Below, piece after piece: positions 17,621 to 22,262 of a stretch of 22,262 nucleotides of DNA (position 1 is the first letter of the stretch; every line of letters begins with the position of its first letter). A program made the translations under genes and the position numbers. Under the pieces are notes generated by a model. That model saw nothing but the letters and a program-made list of their open reading frames with translations. It ran no database searches and was not told the DNA's origin. The stretch is from a virus (lineage: Duplodnaviria > Heunggongvirae > Uroviricota > Caudoviricetes), in IMG/VR virus record IMGVR_UViG_3300033072_000303, positions 64,001-86,262 of that record; one strand, 5' to 3'.

Positions 17621-17683
17621 AGGCGATTCTTAAAGTTAGCTTAAACTTAAAAATAAGCTAAATATTTATAACAAAGGATTAGT

Positions 17684-18118
17684 ATGAGTAATATACAAGC
17701 ACTAGACTTACCTAAAGGGTTAGCTCTTACAGACTTAGAAGTAGAGATTATTAGAGGTGTAGTATCAGGAAAACGAGTAAAGGTTCTTAGTACAGAGTTA
17801 GGGATTCCTCAAGCTAGTATCATTAACTTGATTAAAAAAGACAAAGTAAAAGATTTTATACAAGAGATGGTAGATGCTAGAAACTTAGCTTTAAAGATGG
17901 AGTTACCTAATTTATTAACACAACTAATACAAGATAAAATAGATATGGCGGAGGAAGAAGGAATTAGGTTAGGCGAGACTACTAAAAAAGATATAGTAGA
18001 CATCATAAAACAGCTTAACGATACTATTAAGACATCAGACTCTCCAGCAGTAAAAGGTGAAGAAGATTCATTTACAAAAGTATATAACCAGATTAATGTG
18101 ATACAAGGAGGTAACTAA
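17684..18118 (+). CDS. terS: Probable terminase small subunit
   Basis: N-terminal HTH (LTDLEVEIIRGVVSGKRVKVLSTELGIPQASI) followed by helical oligomerisation-like region; upstream of TerL; AAAGGAT RBS. Confidence 0.7.
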   Translation: MSNIQALDLPKGLALTDLEVEIIRGVVSGKRVKVLSTELGIPQASIINLIKKDKVKDFIQEMVDARNLALKMELPNLLTQLIQDKIDMAEEEGIRLGETTKKDIVDIIKQLNDTIKTSDSPAVKGEEDSFTKVYNQINVIQGGN

Positions 18119-18306
18119 TGCTTAGTTATATCTTTACACTAATACAGTTTATACCTATTTTTGTTATCTCAGCGTTTAGTAGCACGTTTAACTACCCTGA
18201 GGCTGATAAGATAGTTGACCAAGAAAGAAAAGAGCTAGAAAGTGCTGCTACAGAGATTATTAATCATACTATTAATGTAGAGCACTTAAGAGCTAAAGGA
18301 TTTTAA
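18118..18306 (+). CDS. Small hypothetical protein with N-terminal hydrophobic segment
   Basis: 62 aa; TAATG overlaps with both terS and terL suggest translational coupling. Confidence 0.6.
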   Translation: MLSYIFTLIQFIPIFVISAFSSTFNYPEADKIVDQERKELESAATEIINHTINVEHLRAKGF

Positions 18307-19832
18307 TGCAAGATAAACAAATTCTTAGTAATGAAGAGCTACAAGAGTATAAATTAAGTAAAGCACAGTATGACTCCATGTCAGCCAATGACCTACAAGA
18401 GTACATAGGACTAGACGCTGAAGCTCGTGAGCAGTACAAGTACTTTATGGGATTTGTTACGCATACCTCTGAGGTTCGTGTAACGTCGAATAGAGAAATC
18501 AAGTTATACCAAGATACATGTGATACTATACAGTTGAAGACTGTCGCTCAATTACTCAACTTTATACCGCATAAAGGACAACAACCTATATTCTTTACAT
18601 ATGATGAGCAACGTGAGTTGTACAATAATCTAGTTTTAGTACTAGGAAGAAGAACAGGTAAATCTGCTAGTACCTCTATTATAGCAGTTAAAGAGCTACT
18701 TATACCATTCTCTAGTACTATACTTTTAACGCCTACGTTTAACAACGCTAAGATTATCTTTAATGAAACACTTAAGCACGTACAGGCTCTGAAGCTAGAG
18801 ATTAAGAGTATTAATAAAGGTTCATTTAGGTTTGAACTAAAGAATGGTGCGAGGTTCTCTGCTAACTCAGCATCTAATATTGAATCTGCACTTGGTACAG
18901 CAAACTCTCTTTTACTATGTGATGAGAGTCAGTCAATACCAAACCTAGAAGAGATTATGAATCAAATGTTAGTACCTACATTGCTGGATTATGGTACTAG
19001 AGCTTCAGGTATCCTTTATGGTAGGCAAATATATTTAGGTACACCAAGGGGTGTAGACAATCAGTTATATGATTTATTTACTAAACAAGATGAACATAAG
19101 AACTGGAAAAGCTTCTCAGCCCCTAGTCACTCTAATCCTATTTTACCTAAAGCATACTTTGAGCAAATGAGACTAGAACTAGGTGAGATGTTATATAGCC
19201 AAGAGATTCTTGCACAGTTTATGGGTACTGATGATAATGTATTTTATGCGTTCGGTGAGCATAATTTATATAATGACGGTGATATGAAGTTCAGTAAATA
19301 TATGGATGTAGTAGTAGGTATAGACGTAGGGTTTAGAGATAGTACCGCAGGTATTTTTGCTTATAGAGACCCTAGAGGTAACTACTATATAGATAAGGCT
19401 TACTCAGAAAATATGAAAGCGACCTCTGAGCATGTAACTAATCTAAAAGCGTTAGACGCTGAAATGCTAGGGACTACAGACCTTAGATATATGGACCCAG
19501 CTGCCGCTCAGCTAATATATGATTATATACACGACTATGACTACCAGGTTTGTGGTGCGAAGAATGCTGTACAAGAAAGTATTAAGTATCTTAACCAACT
19601 GTTTACACCAACAGGGGCTAATAAAGTACCAAGGCTTTATGTAAATGCTGGTCTAACTGAACTGATAAGACAACTTAAAAGAGTTCGTTGGAAGGACTCA
19701 GCTAATAAGACAGCTAAAGACCCATTTAGTAAAGACCCTAAAGGTACGCACTGGGACTTAATATCAGCGCTTAGATACGCTATTTACTCTGACCAACATA
19801 ATATAGCAGCTAGTACTATTATTACTAGCTAA
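18306..19832 (+). CDS. terL: Terminase large subunit, T5-like
   Basis: Walker A GRRTGKS, Walker B LLLCDESQ, GTPRG coupling motif, nuclease GIDVGFRDSTA, MDPAAAQ and HWDLISALRYA, which parallel T5 TerL motifs as I recall them. Confidence 0.95.
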   Translation: MQDKQILSNEELQEYKLSKAQYDSMSANDLQEYIGLDAEAREQYKYFMGFVTHTSEVRVTSNREIKLYQDTCDTIQLKTVAQLLNFIPHKGQQPIFFTYDEQRELYNNLVLVLGRRTGKSASTSIIAVKELLIPFSSTILLTPTFNNAKIIFNETLKHVQALKLEIKSINKGSFRFELKNGARFSANSASNIESALGTANSLLLCDESQSIPNLEEIMNQMLVPTLLDYGTRASGILYGRQIYLGTPRGVDNQLYDLFTKQDEHKNWKSFSAPSHSNPILPKAYFEQMRLELGEMLYSQEILAQFMGTDDNVFYAFGEHNLYNDGDMKFSKYMDVVVGIDVGFRDSTAGIFAYRDPRGNYYIDKAYSENMKATSEHVTNLKALDAEMLGTTDLRYMDPAAAQLIYDYIHDYDYQVCGAKNAVQESIKYLNQLFTPTGANKVPRLYVNAGLTELIRQLKRVRWKDSANKTAKDPFSKDPKGTHWDLISALRYAIYSDQHNIAASTIITS

Positions 19833-19842
19833 AGGAAACATA

Positions 19843-20139
19843 ATGACAATAATACCAAGATTAGACCTAATTGAAAAAGACGGAACTATTTACTTAGAAG
19901 TACTTATAAAAACATTGCCTGTTGGTAATATAATATCTAGTACTAGTGACATTATAAGTATCACTGTACTCGCTGATAATTCACAAATAACATTATTTAG
20001 CTCTAAAGACCCAACGTACTGGTATAACACTAGACCCTGGGTAGAGTTAAGTACTGTAAAAAATTATAAGATTAGTATTAACACTGGGTATACAGATATA
20101 GTATACAATGCTGGTGTTATACATTGGAAGCATAAATGA
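19843..20139 (+). CDS. Hypothetical protein
   Basis: 98 aa, AAGGAA RBS, operon-like spacing. Confidence 0.65.
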   Translation: MTIIPRLDLIEKDGTIYLEVLIKTLPVGNIISSTSDIISITVLADNSQITLFSSKDPTYWYNTRPWVELSTVKNYKISINTGYTDIVYNAGVIHWKHK

Positions 20140-20612
20140 TATACTCTGTTGAGTTTACTAGATTTGGAAACCCTACAGTACGCTCAGCACCACTTTTAGC
20201 CCCATTAGCTACACAGCGTAACTTAAAACTTCCAAGAGTACTAAAGTGGTATACTAAAGAGCAACTTGAAGAGCTACTAAAACGAAGTAACTATGGGCTT
20301 AAAGAGACTAGGTTTGATAAGTTATTTAAAAACCTAGAAGCTATAAAGGCTAAAGAGAGAAAGTCATTTAGGTTTAGCGAAGCTGAAGATGCTTTTATAC
20401 GTAACAATTACCAGTACCTTCCAGACTCAGTTATTGCCTTAGCACTAAATATACCTGTTGCTAAGGTACTAAATAGACGAAACTATTTAGGCTTAAAGAA
20501 GCTACAACAGGTTGATGATACACCTTTTGTTATTGTATGGGATAATAGAAGCCAGATGGATAAAGACCTCAAAAAAGAGGGGTTGACTCTACTAAGAGAA
20601 GGACTAAGATGA
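20136..20612 (+). CDS. Myb/SANT-like helix-turn-helix protein
   Basis: FSEAEDAFIRNNYQYLPDSVIALALNIPVAKVLNRRNYLGLKK fits the phage Myb-like HTH pattern; ATGA overlaps with neighbours. Confidence 0.6.
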   Translation: MIYSVEFTRFGNPTVRSAPLLAPLATQRNLKLPRVLKWYTKEQLEELLKRSNYGLKETRFDKLFKNLEAIKAKERKSFRFSEAEDAFIRNNYQYLPDSVIALALNIPVAKVLNRRNYLGLKKLQQVDDTPFVIVWDNRSQMDKDLKKEGLTLLREGLR

Positions 20613-21022
20613 TAGTAAATGGATTTAAATGTCTTAAATGTTTTAGTAACATTTACGTTGAGTATTATACTTTTAGGCAGTATAACGGTAGAGTTCCATC
20701 GGCAGATTCTGATTTAATAAAGAGAACTGATACGTGTAACTGTGGTAATTGTGGACTTATACTTGACCTGGATGGAATCGTGCACTTGTATTGTGATGAT
20801 ATTAGTACTGTACTGCTTTGTAGAGTAGACACTAAGACCCCGTCTGATGCAGAAATACTACAAAGTAGTAAAGGCTTTTACTACCAAGACTACTATAGTA
20901 TTTCTAGTACACCGCACAGTTTTGAAGCTCTAAAGGTTATAGATAAACCTAAGAAAAACATTATACAAAGAACTTATAAAAGGAAACATAGAAATGGCAA
21001 AGAAAGCAAGACTAGAAATTAG
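20609..21022 (+). CDS. Zn-binding hypothetical protein
   Basis: KCLKC ... TCNCGNC Cys clusters and basic C-terminus. Confidence 0.6.
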   Translation: MIVNGFKCLKCFSNIYVEYYTFRQYNGRVPSADSDLIKRTDTCNCGNCGLILDLDGIVHLYCDDISTVLLCRVDTKTPSDAEILQSSKGFYYQDYYSISSTPHSFEALKVIDKPKKNIIQRTYKRKHRNGKESKTRN

Positions 21023-21179
21023 ACTAGATGAAATTGATAAAGAGTTACTTCGTAAAGTAGCTTCCTTAGAGAACTGTACTATTACTGCTTTATTGGAGGA
21101 CTACATAAGTGATTTAATAAAACGATTACGTAGTACACAGTCTATTAGTAATATAAAGCCGACCGATTCTGATGAGTAA
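20994..21179 (+). CDS. Ribbon-helix-helix DNA-binding protein
   Basis: KARLEIRL beta strand, then DEIDKELLRKVASLEN and TITALLEDYISDLI helices; AAAGGAA RBS. Confidence 0.75.
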   Translation: MAKKARLEIRLDEIDKELLRKVASLENCTITALLEDYISDLIKRLRSTQSISNIKPTDSDE

Positions 21180-21340
21180 CATTTTTTAGCTAAACTTAAA
21201 CTTTACTTGTAACTGTTGTTATTATAGCAATTATGCAGGTATATTACACTTTATCTGTGCTAATAGTCGTGATACCATCAATTACAATTTTACTTTAAGT
21301 ATAGCTTACGCTGAACGCTTGGCTATACTATGATGAGCCT

Positions 21341-22262
21341 CCTTAAACTGCCTTAAACGAACCTTAAGCGTACTCTGCTCCGCACGTCTATTAACAACTT
21401 GTAGCGTCATAAGCCGACAGTACGTACACCCTCAGCGCTAGACCTAGCGCTCCTACTACATCATCTTACTATACCTTTACTCCATCTAGTACACGTCTAG
21501 CGTTCTTATAGCCTAGTCTGTCCGTACAAGTCGTTTAGTAGCTGTTACAATATCTTCTAGCGAGTCCAGCCTTAACGATAATGATAATCACTATCACCTA
21601 CCCCTATTATACCATAATAACCCTTAAACGAACCTTAAACGATAATGATACGCAGTATCACGTTCTTAAGCTCTCTTTAAGGTACTTTATGCTACACCCT
21701 CTAAAAATAAGCACTGTATATTTTATATACACGTTGTATAATAACTATACATACACTACACAACCGCTAAACGATAACGATTATCATTAACAAAGTTATT
21801 ATCTAAATAAATAACTAAATAAATATAATACTTTATGTTAATAATACTATTAAATTAATACTATTTAGTAATAAAACAACGATAAACGAACCTTAAACGT
21901 AGCTTAAAAGGGCTTATTATTTAACCTTAAACGTACCTTAAGCAGATCCTTAAGCGGAGCTTAAAGCACCATCACTACGTTGTTACAGACACCTTAAACG
22001 ATACTCTTATATAAGTATATGTTATATCTTAAACGATACTCTTATATAAGTATATGTTATACTACTTTATACTATAAAAGCACTTATAAGTGATGTTAAG
22101 CGAGAGCATAACCAACCTTAAACGTACCTTAAACGATTAATAACTAACGTTAAAAGTTATTTTATCTTAAAATGGCTATAAGGCACTAAAAAAGTAAAGT
22201 TAATAGTAAGGCTAAGCTAAATAAAACTAATCGTTTAAGGCACGTTAAAAGCACGTTAAACG
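21341..22262. repeat. Non-coding array of CCTTAAACG-type repeats in 10-12 bp phased clusters
   Basis: Exact CCTTAAACG at 21351, 21622, 21633, 21891, 21925, 21992, 22116, 22127; inverted copy at 22232; variants at 21341, 21362, 21936, 21948, 22028. Confidence 0.85.
21993..22061. repeat. 35-bp tandem duplication containing CTTATATAAG palindrome
   Basis: CTTAAACGATACTCTTATATAAGTATATGTTATA occurs at 21993 and 22028. Confidence 0.95.

Noticed and set aside
17809-18745. Minus-strand ORFs at 17809, 18293 and 18548
   Set aside because: Antisense to terS and terL; no independent support.
21581-21790. 69-aa plus-strand ORF
   Set aside because: No RBS, built from the repeat units (LNDND twice), low-complexity composition.
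21341-22262. CRISPR or mini-CRISPR array
   Set aside because: The conserved unit is only about 9-11 nt, spacing is irregular, and there are no constant 25-45 nt repeats with unique spacers.

Overview
A 22 kb piece of an AT-rich (roughly 31% GC by eye) tailed phage genome, siphovirus type. On the minus strand (about 17.4 kb down to 1) is a complete morphogenesis operon: unknown ORF, portal, HK97-family prohead protease with a long scaffold-like tail, major capsid protein, five tightly packed tRNA genes, a small ORF, three neck/tail-completion genes, tail tube, two tail chaperones, tape measure, and a lambda-type tail tip (M, L, NlpC/P60 K and a fused I-J gene). The I-J gene runs off the left edge and is missing from the ORF track. 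On the plus strand, transcribed divergently from an 81-bp dyad-symmetric element, are terminase small and large subunits and small probable DNA-binding ORFs (Myb-like HTH, Zn-binding, ribbon-helix-helix). These are followed by about 0.9 kb of apparently non-coding DNA with 10-12 bp phased CCTTAAACG repeats. From recalled motifs, TerL, protease, capsid and head-completion proteins look T5-like, whereas the tail tip is lambda-like. No integrase, lysis or replication genes are visible. The most interesting signals are the symmetric divergent element, the repeat array next to an RHH gene, an internal-start scaffold nested in the protease gene, the tRNA cassette inside the head operon ending in a perfect 21-bp inverted repeat, and tail chaperones whose usual frameshift is blocked. 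Family assignments are from motif recognition only; no searches were run.
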